DNA of 64,000 bases from Chthoniobacterales bacterium (GTDB lineage: Bacteria > Verrucomicrobiota > Verrucomicrobiia > Chthoniobacterales > JAFAMB01), in NCBI GenBank assembly GCA_035601575.1, contig DATNNZ010000051.1, positions 2,148 through 66,147 on the forward strand, read 5' to 3'. Each line of letters begins with the position of its first letter. Within the stretch, counting starts at the first letter, position 1. Positions 1 to 9,482 of this stretch are shown one piece after another. The notes under the pieces were generated by a model. That model had not been told where the DNA came from and did no database searches. It worked only from the letters and a program-made list of their open reading frames with translations. Position numbers and translations under genes: made by a program.

Positions 1-1109
1 AGGTCCGCCGGCCTTTCGGCCACAAACTCCGGTTTAAAATCGCCCATTCGGTCGACCTTGTGCGCGATCTGATCAAAACTCTTTTGCCGTATTCCGACCC
101 GAATCAGTTCGTCTCCCCCGGCCCGGACGTCGCCCAGGTTAATCTTCTCGGTCGGCCGGCGATTGTATTGGAATGGGTCGAACGAGAGCTCGATTGGATC
201 GAGGTGCGCCATCTGGGCGGCTGTACGGTTATAGGGTTCTGCCAATGCCTGTGCGACCGGTATCTCGTGTACGCTGTCTTCGGTCAGAGAGACGCGAACT
301 GTGTCGCCCAATCCATCTGCCAAGAGGGAGCCAATACCAATCGCGCTCTTAATCCGACCATCTTCGCCATCGCCTGCTTCGGTGACACCGAGATGCAAGG
401 GATAACACCAATCAGGTCCAGCTCGATAAAGGCGTGAGACGAGCAAGCGATAGGCAGCGATCATCACCTTCGGGTTGCTGGCTTTCATGGAGAAGATGAA
501 ATCGTGAAAATCCAGGTCGCGAGCGATTCGAGCAAACTCCAGCGCGCTCTCGACCATTCCAAGAGGGGTGTCCCCGTAACGGTTCATGATCCGATCGCTC
601 AACGAGCCGTGATTGGTACCGATCCGGATGCTGATTCCGCGCTGCTGGCAAAGCTGCACCAACGGTGTGAATCGCTCTCGAATTCGATCCAACTCTGCCG
701 CATACAGTTCGGCGCTATATTCCTTCACGGCAAACTTCTTCGAATCGGCGTAGTTCCCGGGATTAATGCGAACCTTCTCAACCCACTGAGCCGCTTCCAT
801 GGCTGCCTCGGGCTTGAAGTGGATATCGGCCACGATTGGGACATCGCAGCCGCGGGCGAGTAAGCCCTCCTTAATCGGTTTCAGATTTTTGGCGTCCTTT
901 GCCGTAGGAGCCGTAATCCGAACGATTTCGCAGCCGACCGCGACTAGATCGAGTGTCTGCTGGATACAGGCTTCTGTATCCATCGTATCACAGGTCAACA
1001 TCGATTGGACCCGAATCGGATTTGGACCACCGACTCCGATCTTTCCTACTTTCACCTCGCGGGTTTGGCGCCGCTGGTACGACCAGGGGCTGGGACAAAA
1101 GCGGCTCAT
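1..1109 (-). CDS. ispG: 4-hydroxy-3-methylbut-2-enyl diphosphate synthase IspG/GcpE (3' end runs off the window)
   Basis: I translated the minus strand from the ATG at 1109-1107. It gives MSRFCPSPW..KIGVGGPNPIRVQSMLTCDTMD..EIVRITAPTAKDA..PIVADIHFKP..IRIGTNHGSL and stays open to position 1. It is missing from the ORF track because no stop lies in the window. Its start forms an ATGA overlap with the rseP stop. Confidence 0.85.
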   Translation of the reverse strand, partial: MSRFCPSPWSYQRRQTREVKVGKIGVGGPNPIRVQSMLTCDTMDTEACIQQTLDLVAVGCEIVRITAPTAKDAKNLKPIKEGLLARGCDVPIVADIHFKPEAAMEAAQWVEKVRINPGNYADSKKFAVKEYSAELYAAELDRIRERFTPLVQLCQQRGISIRIGTNHGSLSDRIMNRYGDTPLGMVESALEFARIARDLDFHDFIFSMKASNPKVMIAAYRLLVSRLYRAGPDWCYPLHLGVTEAGDGEDGRIKSAIGIGSLLADGLGDTVRVSLTEDSVHEIPVAQALAEPYNRTAAQMAHLDPIELSFDPFQYNRRPTEKINLGDVRAGGDELIRVGIRQKSFDQIAHKVDRMGDFKPEFVAERPAD

Positions 1110-2746
1110 GGAGTTTCTGGAGGCGCTGCTTTGGCTGGGCTGCTGAACGTCGGTTTTTGGTTGTTACTCCAGGGAAGATCCTGAACGTCGTAAAACGAAA
1201 TGTACAACATGAATCCGATCAGAAGAATGGCGCAGGCGCCTTGCAAAATCTCCAGCAGTTTCAGGTTTAGCGGGCGGCGGCGAATCGCTTCGAGGATCGC
1301 CAAAAGAATGTGACCTCCATCCAGCACCGGAATTGGCAGCAGATTAATCACGGCCAGGTTAATATTGAAGACGACACTGAACCAAAGCGCCAACTGCCAA
1401 CCAAATTCACTCTGAAAAAGAATGTAGTAAGTCCGCATGATCATGATCGGACCGCTCATGTGCTGCAGCTTAATATCGGACTGCGGAGAAAGCAGTGCGC
1501 CGACTGTATTGGTAAGGGTTTGGACGCCAGCCGAAATCTGTTCCACCGGTGAGGTGTGAGTAATTGTCATCTTCCCACCCGCATCCCAGGTGATACCGTA
1601 AGACACGGGGGAGGAGTATATGCCCAGCATCGCTTGCTTTTGGCCATCTGGCGTTTGCGGAAGAATCCGGGCCTTTAATTGCTTATCGCCTTGCTGAACG
1701 GTCAAAGTTAATGGTTTGCCGGGGTTTTCTTCCACGTGCTTAACGACTGTTAGCCAGTCGTAGATCTGCTCGTCATTGAGGGCGATGATACGGTCTCCGG
1801 CGCGCACGCCGGCGACTTCGGCCGGGCTATTTTTGATCACGCTACTTATGACTGGCCGACCTGGGCGGAGCGATATTTGTAATTGCGCGTGATCCCTCAG
1901 CACCGTCAATGGAATCATCTGACCAGGATGCTCTTGCTCCCATTCCGTAATCCGGGATGGATAATAAATCTTCTGTCCGTCGATCGCAATGATTTGGTCG
2001 TTGGGCTTCAATCCAGATTCGGCAGCTGTCGATCCAGGTTCAATCTTCGCAACGACTGGCGTAACCGCGGCCAGAAAATCGACTTGACGGAGTGATTTGC
2101 GCTCCCATCCGGTGGTCTCCGGCTTTTCAAATTCGGAATTCAATTCCAAGACTTGATCGCCTCTTTGTACTTTGAAACGGATGGTCGCCCCTTCACTTCG
2201 CACGACGTACCAGGCAATGCTATCGACCATCCCGGTGAAACGAGTGACGGGATGGCCGTCGACCTCCAAAATCTTGTCGCCGGGGAGGAAGCCGGCCTTG
2301 GCGGCCGGTCCATCAGGCGTCACATATCCGACGGTCGTGGTCGTTTCAGCCTCTGGCATTGGACGGCCAACGGCCCAAACCAAAGTAGCGAAAGCTAGTG
2401 CCAGAAGAAAGCTGAACAACGGGCCGGCGAATGCCACAATGATCTTGTCGATCGGTTTGATCGGGGGTAATTCAGTTCGACCCGGCTTCCCTTCGATCGC
2501 TTCCATCGGTGCCATTTGGGGCAAAAGAACGAATCCGCCAGCGGGAATCCAACCGAGGCTGAATTCGACCCCATTGATGACCTTCTTCCAGATCGGTCGT
2601 CCGAACCATACCCCAAATTTGTCGACATAAAGACCGCGCCAACGCGCAGCCAGAAAGTGGCCCAACTCGTGGACGATAATAAGGAGGTTAAAGATGAGAA
2701 CGACCTCGAGAATGATGAGGGCGATACGTAAGATGTTGAGGATCAT
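1106..2746 (-). CDS. rseP: RIP site-2 metalloprotease RseP (M50 family) with several PDZ-like segments
   Basis: It has an HELGHFLAARW (HExxH) motif in the first TM segment and PDZ-like GDKILEVDG, NDQIIAIDG and GDRIIALND motifs. The C-terminal NLLPIPVLDGGH motif is present. It sits in the classic cdsA-dxr-rseP order. Confidence 0.9.
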   Translation of the reverse strand: MILNILRIALIILEVVLIFNLLIIVHELGHFLAARWRGLYVDKFGVWFGRPIWKKVINGVEFSLGWIPAGGFVLLPQMAPMEAIEGKPGRTELPPIKPIDKIIVAFAGPLFSFLLALAFATLVWAVGRPMPEAETTTTVGYVTPDGPAAKAGFLPGDKILEVDGHPVTRFTGMVDSIAWYVVRSEGATIRFKVQRGDQVLELNSEFEKPETTGWERKSLRQVDFLAAVTPVVAKIEPGSTAAESGLKPNDQIIAIDGQKIYYPSRITEWEQEHPGQMIPLTVLRDHAQLQISLRPGRPVISSVIKNSPAEVAGVRAGDRIIALNDEQIYDWLTVVKHVEENPGKPLTLTVQQGDKQLKARILPQTPDGQKQAMLGIYSSPVSYGITWDAGGKMTITHTSPVEQISAGVQTLTNTVGALLSPQSDIKLQHMSGPIMIMRTYYILFQSEFGWQLALWFSVVFNINLAVINLLPIPVLDGGHILLAILEAIRRRPLNLKLLEILQGACAILLIGFMLYISFYDVQDLPWSNNQKPTFSSPAKAAPPETP

Positions 2747-2749
2747 ATA

Positions 2750-3907
2750 CTAATGATGTTCGAGCTCTGCTTGGACGTGTGCCCGAGCCTTGGCATCGGC
2801 CTCCATTATATCACTGAGACTCGGTCTGGCAAAACTCTCAACCTGTTCCATTGCGTTCTCTACCAATGACCATATCCGCGGGAACGGAATCCGGCCCTGT
2901 AGGAAAGCTTGGACTGCTTCTTCGTTCGCTGCATTCAAAATTGCCGGCAAGACTCCCCCATTTTCTCCGGCTCGTCGAGCGAGATTGAGGGCGGGAAACG
3001 CATCGTAGCGTGGTTCTTCAAAGTCGAGACGACCAAGTTCTGAAAGGCACAATGGCTTAAGCGAATGCGGAACACGATCGGGCCAGGTGACCGCATACTG
3101 AATTGGGAAACACATGTCGGAATGGCTCAGTTGCGCCAGAATTGAGCCATCGACGAACTCGACCATGGAGTGCACGATGCTTTGCGGATGAACGATCACT
3201 TGAACCCGTGACATCGGAACATCGAAGAGCCACCGAGCTTCGATCATCTCTAACCCTTTGTTAAAGAGAGTCGCTGAATCGATAGTGATTTTTTGCCCCA
3301 TGTTCCAGGTCGGATGTTTTAATGCCTCAGCCACGGTGACCCGCGCTAATTTTTCTGCTGGCCAGGTGCGAAATGGACCGCCGGAAGCGGTCAAAATGAG
3401 ATTACTGATGTGGTGTCCGGGTTTTCCCTCCAGGCATTGAAAGATTGCATTGTGCTCGCTGTCGACCGGCAACACTCGAACCCCTTTTTCCCGAGCTCGC
3501 TGCATCACAATTTCGCCGGCCATCACCAAAATTTCTTTGCTGGCCACCGCCAAATCTTTGCCCGTCTCAATCGCCCCCATAGCTGGGCGAAATCCGGCAG
3601 TCCCGATGATCGCTACCAAAACCAAGTCTGCCCCGTCTATTCGGGCCAATGCTTCGAGGCCATCTTCACCAGTGAAAACCTCTGGCCGATAGTTCAGCCG
3701 GTGGCGAAGTTCCGGTAACTGTGCTGGATCGACCAGACAAAGATGAGAGGGTCGGAGTCGATTCGCCGACTCGGCTAGTGCCGCCGCGCTCTGGCGGGCA
3801 GCCATTCCGACAATTTCCATTCGGTCAGGTATGCTGGCGGCGACCTTGATGGCGCTGGTGCCGATCGAACCAGTTGAGCCGAGCAGGATAACGCGACGTT
3901 TTCTCAT
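2750..3907 (-). CDS. dxr: 1-deoxy-D-xylulose 5-phosphate reductoisomerase
   Basis: N-terminal ILLGSTGSIGTSA NADPH-binding motif, plus PVDSEHNAIFQC and HPQSIVHSMVEF motifs. Confidence 0.93.
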   Translation of the reverse strand: MRKRRVILLGSTGSIGTSAIKVAASIPDRMEIVGMAARQSAAALAESANRLRPSHLCLVDPAQLPELRHRLNYRPEVFTGEDGLEALARIDGADLVLVAIIGTAGFRPAMGAIETGKDLAVASKEILVMAGEIVMQRAREKGVRVLPVDSEHNAIFQCLEGKPGHHISNLILTASGGPFRTWPAEKLARVTVAEALKHPTWNMGQKITIDSATLFNKGLEMIEARWLFDVPMSRVQVIVHPQSIVHSMVEFVDGSILAQLSHSDMCFPIQYAVTWPDRVPHSLKPLCLSELGRLDFEEPRYDAFPALNLARRAGENGGVLPAILNAANEEAVQAFLQGRIPFPRIWSLVENAMEQVESFARPSLSDIMEADAKARAHVQAELEHH

Positions 3908-4767
3908 CGGACCAGGAATCTGAGATAGAAATAGAGTAGCGGGCCAGTAAACAACAAACTATCGATTAGATCCATAATTCCGCCGATACCAGGGAGTATC
4001 GTTCCTGAATCTTTGACGCCGGTACTTCGTTTCACGATCGATTCGCCAAGGTCTCCCACGACCGCCGCAATCCCGATCAGTAATCCTAGAATCGTCGCAT
4101 GAAAGTAATTCAGCTGCGCAAGGCGATCCGGAATGATCGCCAAAAGAAAGTAACTGGCAATGATCGCAAAAATGAGCGAACCGGCAAATCCCTCCCAGGT
4201 TTTCGCGACGCTGATGTGAGGCATCATCTGGTGCCGCCCAATCCGGCTGCCGACGAGATATCCTCCCATGTCACTGAATTTTGTCACGACCACCAAATAC
4301 AAGACATAAAACTGCCCGGTAGTCGCTCCCGCTGAAGTCGGCGGAGTGATGTAAACAATTTTGGTGAGAAAATTGAAGAGCCAGGCGACATAAAGAATGC
4401 CGAAAAGTGTATAAGCCATTGTTTCCAAAGGTGCCTGTTTGGTGGATGGCCGAAACATTTGGCGAGCGAACACGCCAAAAAGGAAAATCACGAGCACCAC
4501 CATCTCAAAGTCGTAAGCAGAACCGTATCCATTCAGATGGAAGAATACGAAGCTGCCAATAAAATAGGCTGCCCCGCAGATCATGCCGAATGCCTTGAAG
4601 CAGCGCATCCCGGACTTTTCGATCATTCCGAAGTACTCCCAGAGGCCGGCGAGGCCGAGCGAAGCAACCAGCAGCAGAAAAAATAGTTCGTTGGCCGAGA
4701 AGATAACCAGCAGCGCGATAACCCACATCGCGACCGCGCTTAATAATCTTCGCAAGAACCGACTCAT
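3904..4767 (-). CDS. cdsA: phosphatidate cytidylyltransferase (CdsA family)
   Basis: Polytopic membrane protein with a C-terminal SIVKRSTGVKDSGTILPGIGGIMDLIDS signature region. The ORF-track start at 4830 lies inside a repeat element, so I prefer the internal MSRFLRRLL start at 4767. ATGA overlap with the dxr start. Confidence 0.8.
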   Translation of the reverse strand: MSRFLRRLLSAVAMWVIALLVIFSANELFFLLLVASLGLAGLWEYFGMIEKSGMRCFKAFGMICGAAYFIGSFVFFHLNGYGSAYDFEMVVLVIFLFGVFARQMFRPSTKQAPLETMAYTLFGILYVAWLFNFLTKIVYITPPTSAGATTGQFYVLYLVVVTKFSDMGGYLVGSRIGRHQMMPHISVAKTWEGFAGSLIFAIIASYFLLAIIPDRLAQLNYFHATILGLLIGIAAVVGDLGESIVKRSTGVKDSGTILPGIGGIMDLIDSLLFTGPLLYFYLRFLVR

Positions 4768-4772
4768 CCGGT

Positions 4773-4950
4773 GGAAATAAAAAGTCAGGTGGGATGAGAA
4801 AGCCAACGCTACGCGATGCCCGGTAGCCAATAGCCGATAGCCGAAAGGGGTTTTACCATGGGTCGTTCATTGGTTGATTGATCATTGGCTATTGGCTATC
4901 GGCTATTCGCGTAGCGTTGGCTTTCTCATCCCACCTGACTTTTTATTTCC
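4773..4950. repeat. 44-bp perfect inverted repeat (arms 4773-4816 and 4907-4950) enclosing inverted TAGCCRA heptamer arrays
   Basis: The left arm ggaaataaaaagtcaggtgggatgagaaagccaacgctacgcga is the exact reverse complement of 4907-4950. Inside are tagccaa/tagccga/tagccga (4824-4844) and ttggcta/ttggcta/tcggcta (4885-4905). The same peptide VALAFSSHLTFYF appears in track ORFs on both strands. Confidence 0.95.
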
Positions 4951-6647
4951 AACAACGATTTTTCGATTTTCGTCGCACGTTCCTGCAAAGGCAGATGTCG
5001 TTGGGTTTCCGCTTGGCAGAAGCTTTCGAGCGGAGCGAACGTTTGGCCCACCTCCTGGTAGAACGCGGTAATGGCGTGCCGCAACTGCGTTTCGACCGCT
5101 CCCGCTAGTTCTTTTCTTTTTTCGTCCATCCGCAGCCGATATTCGCGTAAAATGTGGCGACGTCGAAAGACGGCATACACGGTACCGGTAAACGCGGCCA
5201 GACCCGCAACCGTCCCGGTAACATCCAGAATTGCGGCATGAGCCAGAGCGGCGATAATCGTAAAAATTCCGCCGGCGGCTGCGACTCCGGCCGGGACGCG
5301 AAGCCAGCGGGCGGTTTCGCCAAACCACTCCTGGAGTTGTTGCTTGATTTTCGCATCAGACATTTGCTCGAGCAGTGTGAGCTGAAGCTTCTGTAAAACC
5401 ACTCCCCGTTGACTGACAAATCCAGGAATGGCCGGCCGTACCTGTTTTCTGCTGTCAGACTCAAATTGCGCCTGCACCTTGTCTTGCAATTCTTGCCAGA
5501 TTAGCCGCAGATCCGATTCTAACAGCTCGAGCGCGTGCTCGATCTTTTCTCGTACTTTCGCCTGAACGTCACTTTCAATTTTATCCTGAAAATCTTTTTC
5601 CCAGCGTCCGCCGGAGAAAATCATCTTAAAGGTCTGCAAAAAGCCAAGCCGTTCCTCGAGTAATTTCTCGCCACGCTCCCGACAAGCGTCATAGGCCATT
5701 TCCATTTCGCGAATGAAGCCACCGACCTGTCGTAAAGTCTGCTCCTTGCGCACGCCGAGACTGCCTCGGATCGAAGTGATCCTCTCCTGATCCGCTTTGA
5801 GAAGGTCGAGCGCGCTTCGGAGTTTGGCTTGAATGCCCTGCAGGACCACTTGTCCGGTTTGAGCAATGGATCGCAGTTTGCCTCCGCGTTCGTCGCTATT
5901 GGTGACAGTAGTGGAGATCCAGTTTTCTAACGCGCTGAAATTACTGTTTTGCCAGAGAGGATCCTCTTGGCCTTTTCGGTCCAACTTTGCTTGCAACGCT
6001 TGTTTGGCTGAAACGGCGAAAATTGGACGGCTGGAGCCGAGTAACTGGAGGATCGTTTGTTCCAAATGCTGAATAATCGTTTGCACTTCTGCCTGGGTTC
6101 GGAGATCGGCCTGTTGCAGCACGAACACGATATTCTTCTTCCACCCATGGCCGAGTATACGAAGAAAGTCCCAAGCAGAGGCGGCCCAGGGATTCACGAC
6201 CGAGAAGACGAAGATGATCAGATCGGCAAGTGGTACGAAGCTAGTGGTAATATCCTGGTGACTGGTAACGATGGTGTTGGTCCCGGGAGTATCGACAACG
6301 CTGAAGTTTTTTAAGAATTCGATCGGGAGATAGCGTTCGGTGACGTCTTCGGCGATTGGAACATCTCGCGCAGAGTCCGCATATTTGAATATGTAGATTT
6401 TGTCCGTTGCCGGAAGAACATCGATCTTGCAAAATTCTTGGCCGAATAACGCATTGAGGAGCGATGACTTACCGGCCTTTACTTCACCGACCGCCACGAA
6501 CAAAAGCGGGTCATTGAGACCGGCGCTCAGGCTCTGCAGGTTCTGGATGGTAGCGTCTGGTTCACCCGTTTGTTGCGATAGTGTAACGAGCGCGCTCAGG
6601 GCCTGGCTGAGGTGCGCACGCGTTTCAAGGTATTTTTCTACGACCAT
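4926..6647 (-). CDS. dynamin-family large GTPase (bacterial dynamin-like protein) with a C-terminal membrane hairpin
   Basis: G1 motif GEVKAGKSSLLNALFG, G3 motif VVDTPGTN and G4-like LQQADL. A long helical stalk is followed by a hydrophobic stretch, VPAGVAAAGGIFTIIAALAHAAILDVTGTVAGLAAFTGTVYAVF. Confidence 0.75.
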   Translation of the reverse strand: MVVEKYLETRAHLSQALSALVTLSQQTGEPDATIQNLQSLSAGLNDPLLFVAVGEVKAGKSSLLNALFGQEFCKIDVLPATDKIYIFKYADSARDVPIAEDVTERYLPIEFLKNFSVVDTPGTNTIVTSHQDITTSFVPLADLIIFVFSVVNPWAASAWDFLRILGHGWKKNIVFVLQQADLRTQAEVQTIIQHLEQTILQLLGSSRPIFAVSAKQALQAKLDRKGQEDPLWQNSNFSALENWISTTVTNSDERGGKLRSIAQTGQVVLQGIQAKLRSALDLLKADQERITSIRGSLGVRKEQTLRQVGGFIREMEMAYDACRERGEKLLEERLGFLQTFKMIFSGGRWEKDFQDKIESDVQAKVREKIEHALELLESDLRLIWQELQDKVQAQFESDSRKQVRPAIPGFVSQRGVVLQKLQLTLLEQMSDAKIKQQLQEWFGETARWLRVPAGVAAAGGIFTIIAALAHAAILDVTGTVAGLAAFTGTVYAVFRRRHILREYRLRMDEKRKELAGAVETQLRHAITAFYQEVGQTFAPLESFCQAETQRHLPLQERATKIEKSLLEIKSQVG

Positions 6648-6695
6648 CGTTTCAGGTTCAAGGCAGCGAAGGTCGTTTCCAAAACAAGAGCTACC

Positions 6696-7496
6696 TTATT
6701 GCGCCGCCACTTTTTTCGTCTTGGCTTTTCGCGGCGGTTGGGTCGGGGAACTGCCGGGGGTCGGCGACGACTTTGGCCGGTTCATGGCAATGAGCTGACT
6801 GACAGTCACAAATTTAAAGCCTTTTGCTGCCAACGCGTCGAGAGTAGCCGGCATCGAATCGACCGTCTGCTTGTGAATGTCATGCGAAAGAATAATCGCT
6901 CCGGGACGAGCGCCCGCCAAAATACGCTGTTGAATAACCGAAGCACCCGGCCGCTTCCAATCAAACGGATCGACCGACCATAGAATAACGCTCAAGCCAA
7001 ACTGATTTTCGATCCACTCTTTCTGGCGACCGGTAATCGATCCATAAGGCGGACGGAGCAGCTTGGGCGTATAGCCGGAAGCATTCGTGATAGCGTTCTG
7101 CGTTTTCGTAATTTCTTCGGTAACCCGGTCATCCGGAAGCTTGGCGAGCTGCGGGTGAGTCCAAGAGTGATTCCCGATCTCATGCCCGTCGGCCAAAATG
7201 CGTTTCACAATTTCCGGATTCCGCTCCGCATTCTGGCCAATCATGAAGAAAGTGGCCTTAATGTTCCTTTGTTTAAGAATATCCAGGAGCCGTGGTGTTG
7301 TTTCTGGACTGGGTCCGTCGTCGAAAGTCATCGCGATGTAGGGACCATCGACATTGGCCTGGAAGTACGTAGCCGGTTTCAAGCCGGTCGGAGCGGGAGA
7401 ACTGGCTGGTGACGGAGTGGGCCCTGCCGAGTCTTCCGCGCGAAGCAATGGGGCAATGCCGACGATGATCAAAAAAAGTCCGAGATGAAAGCGCAT
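6696..7496 (-). CDS. secreted polysaccharide deacetylase (NodB homology domain, CE4)
   Basis: Signal peptide, then TFDDGP, HEIGNHSWTHP and LRPPYG motifs typical of NodB/PgdA-type deacetylases. Pro/Ser-rich linkers at both ends. Confidence 0.85.
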   Translation of the reverse strand: MRFHLGLFLIIVGIAPLLRAEDSAGPTPSPASSPAPTGLKPATYFQANVDGPYIAMTFDDGPSPETTPRLLDILKQRNIKATFFMIGQNAERNPEIVKRILADGHEIGNHSWTHPQLAKLPDDRVTEEITKTQNAITNASGYTPKLLRPPYGSITGRQKEWIENQFGLSVILWSVDPFDWKRPGASVIQQRILAGARPGAIILSHDIHKQTVDSMPATLDALAAKGFKFVTVSQLIAMNRPKSSPTPGSSPTQPPRKAKTKKVAAQ

Positions 7497-7500
7497 GAGA

Positions 7501-8376
7501 TTAAAGAAAACGTTTGAGAATGACCTCTAACTTTTTAACCGTCAATTCCGGCCAAAGTTTCCGATCGGTTACCAACGCGGAATCGAGTGCTCGGTGTTCC
7601 GGCCAAGTCGGCTCGGTCGGAATTCTCGCGATGATGTTTGGTAGTATCCGACGGGCTGCGGCAGCATTTGCCAACAAATGTCCGATGACGATCTCTGCGG
7701 TCACCGGTTCGTCATCCACTTTCCAGCAGTCGTAATCGGTTATGAAACAAAGGGAAGCAAACGAAATCTCCGCCTCTCGCGAAAGCTTTGCTTCCGGTGA
7801 GTTGGTCATCCCAATCACATCGAATCCCATTCGCCGATGAAAGTCCGATTCCGCCCGCGTTGAAAAAGCGGGACCATCCATGTTGACGTAGGTCCCGCCG
7901 TTATGGACCGGGTACCCAAGTGCGGTTGCTTCTTCCGCGGCGATCGTGCGAAGCGCATGACTAACCGGATCGGCCAATGCCACATGAGCGACGATTCCTT
8001 CTCCAAAGAAAGTCGCATTAGCTCTCAGGCTCGTCCGATCAAAAAATTGGTCCGGCAGAACGATATCTCGAGGGCGATATTGCTCTTGCAAGCTACCAAC
8101 CGCGCCAATGCTGATGATCCACCGCACGTTCAGTGATCGAAGAGCAAAGATATTGGCTCGATGATTTAGTTCCGTCGGCAAAATCCGGTGCCCTCGAGCG
8201 TGGCGCGGGAGAAAGAATATCGGCCGCTCATGGATGGTTCCACCGATAATAGCGTCAGAAGGGCTTCCGAACGGTGTTTCGATCAGAATTTCCTTTGGGG
8301 AGGCGAAACCTTCGATCTGGTAAAGGCCGCTCCCGCCGATAACGCCGATCGCGGCTGGTTGGTCATTCATGGACAA
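7501..8376 (-). CDS. mtnP: S-methyl-5'-thioadenosine phosphorylase
   Basis: IGVIGGSGLY N-terminus, with FLPRHARGH, VIGMTNSPEAKLAREAE-like and ITDYDCW motifs. Confidence 0.9.
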   Translation of the reverse strand: MSMNDQPAAIGVIGGSGLYQIEGFASPKEILIETPFGSPSDAIIGGTIHERPIFFLPRHARGHRILPTELNHRANIFALRSLNVRWIISIGAVGSLQEQYRPRDIVLPDQFFDRTSLRANATFFGEGIVAHVALADPVSHALRTIAAEEATALGYPVHNGGTYVNMDGPAFSTRAESDFHRRMGFDVIGMTNSPEAKLSREAEISFASLCFITDYDCWKVDDEPVTAEIVIGHLLANAAAARRILPNIIARIPTEPTWPEHRALDSALVTDRKLWPELTVKKLEVILKRFL

Positions 8377-8386
8377 TCGATAAGAT

Positions 8387-9451
8387 TCAGGGAGTCTGGA
8401 CGATCCGCGATGCCTTTAGCAGCCTTTGCACGGTATCATCAATCGTTGAGATGTCGGCTGAAGTTGTCTCGACGATTCCGTCCTTGTTTATTATCCAGAT
8501 CTCCGGAATTTGGTGAACGCTATATTGCACCGCGTAGGTATTGTTCCAACCTTTGCCATCATAGTAGATCGGCCAATTGATTGATTTTTTAACCAGAAAA
8601 CTTGCCATCGCCTCGCGATCGCGGTCGAGAGAAATTCCGATTACAACCAAGCCGGACGCCCGGTAGCTTTGATTGAGTTTCTTAATCTCGGGCAACTCAC
8701 GGATGCAATCCGGGCACCACGAGGCCCAAAAGTCGATGAGTACGACCTTTCCGCGGAGCTGTGCCAGATCGATTGCTCTTCCGTCAGTTGCGGTAAAATG
8801 CAAGTCGAGCGACTTGCCCAAAAGTTCCGCTTTGGCTAGCCGTGCGCGCGCGGCTTCTGCCAGCGGTTGATCGGAATCATGGCTCAGTTCCTCCAAGAAG
8901 GATTTTGCCTTTTGCGCATCGACGCGATAGAGCAGATTCGCGCGAGCAATTTGGAGAGAAAGCTTTTTTGGATCCGCCGGGTTTTCTTTCAAGTAATCGC
9001 AGATCTGTTGTTCCAAATGCGGGGCCGACTCATTGGTAATTAAATCATCGTTATTAAGTCGCTGATGAATCAAACGAACGGTCATCTGCTGCCGTAACGA
9101 TTCCGGCAGCGAATGGGTAGCGATAAAACTGCGCGTTTCTTTTTCCAACTGATCGAGCAAATCCCTGCGTTCGGTAGGGGAACCTGAAAACTCGGCGCTT
9201 TCCAGTTCCCATTCGAGCGCGGCGCCAGCGTGAGGATTGTTCGGATATCTCTGTACGTAAGCTCGGGCAGCGTTGAAGAGGTCACGGTCTCGCTGGGCAT
9301 AAAACTCGACTGCGTTTTCCCCAGCGGCCGGTTGATCCTCAGAGCGTTTTTCAAGTTGAACGAGCTTTGTCCAATCTGTTTCGACCGAGTCCTGGCCGGG
9401 AGCGGCAGGGCCGAACGCTAAGATGATCAACGCCAATCCAAAAGTGCGCAT
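8387..9451 (-). CDS. secreted TlpA-like thiol-disulfide oxidoreductase with an N-terminal helical domain
   Basis: Signal peptide and a C-terminal thioredoxin fold with FWASWCPDC (CxxC). Confidence 0.8.
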   Translation of the reverse strand: MRTFGLALIILAFGPAAPGQDSVETDWTKLVQLEKRSEDQPAAGENAVEFYAQRDRDLFNAARAYVQRYPNNPHAGAALEWELESAEFSGSPTERRDLLDQLEKETRSFIATHSLPESLRQQMTVRLIHQRLNNDDLITNESAPHLEQQICDYLKENPADPKKLSLQIARANLLYRVDAQKAKSFLEELSHDSDQPLAEAARARLAKAELLGKSLDLHFTATDGRAIDLAQLRGKVVLIDFWASWCPDCIRELPEIKKLNQSYRASGLVVIGISLDRDREAMASFLVKKSINWPIYYDGKGWNNTYAVQYSVHQIPEIWIINKDGIVETTSADISTIDDTVQRLLKASRIVQTP

Positions 9452-9482
9452 CGGATAAGCTCGTTCCTCCTTGCCAGAACAG

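Noticed and set aside
60-1146. Plus-strand ORFs 60-437, 504-863, 799-1146 and 953-1270.
   Set aside because: The minus strand here encodes an uninterrupted IspG with strong motifs, so these are shadow ORFs.
4824-4905. Heptamer arrays as a possible CRISPR array or as a coding tandem repeat (IGYWLLAIGY peptides).
   Set aside because: The units are 7 bp with no spacers, are inverted rather than direct, and are intergenic. Apparent peptides arise on both strands equally.
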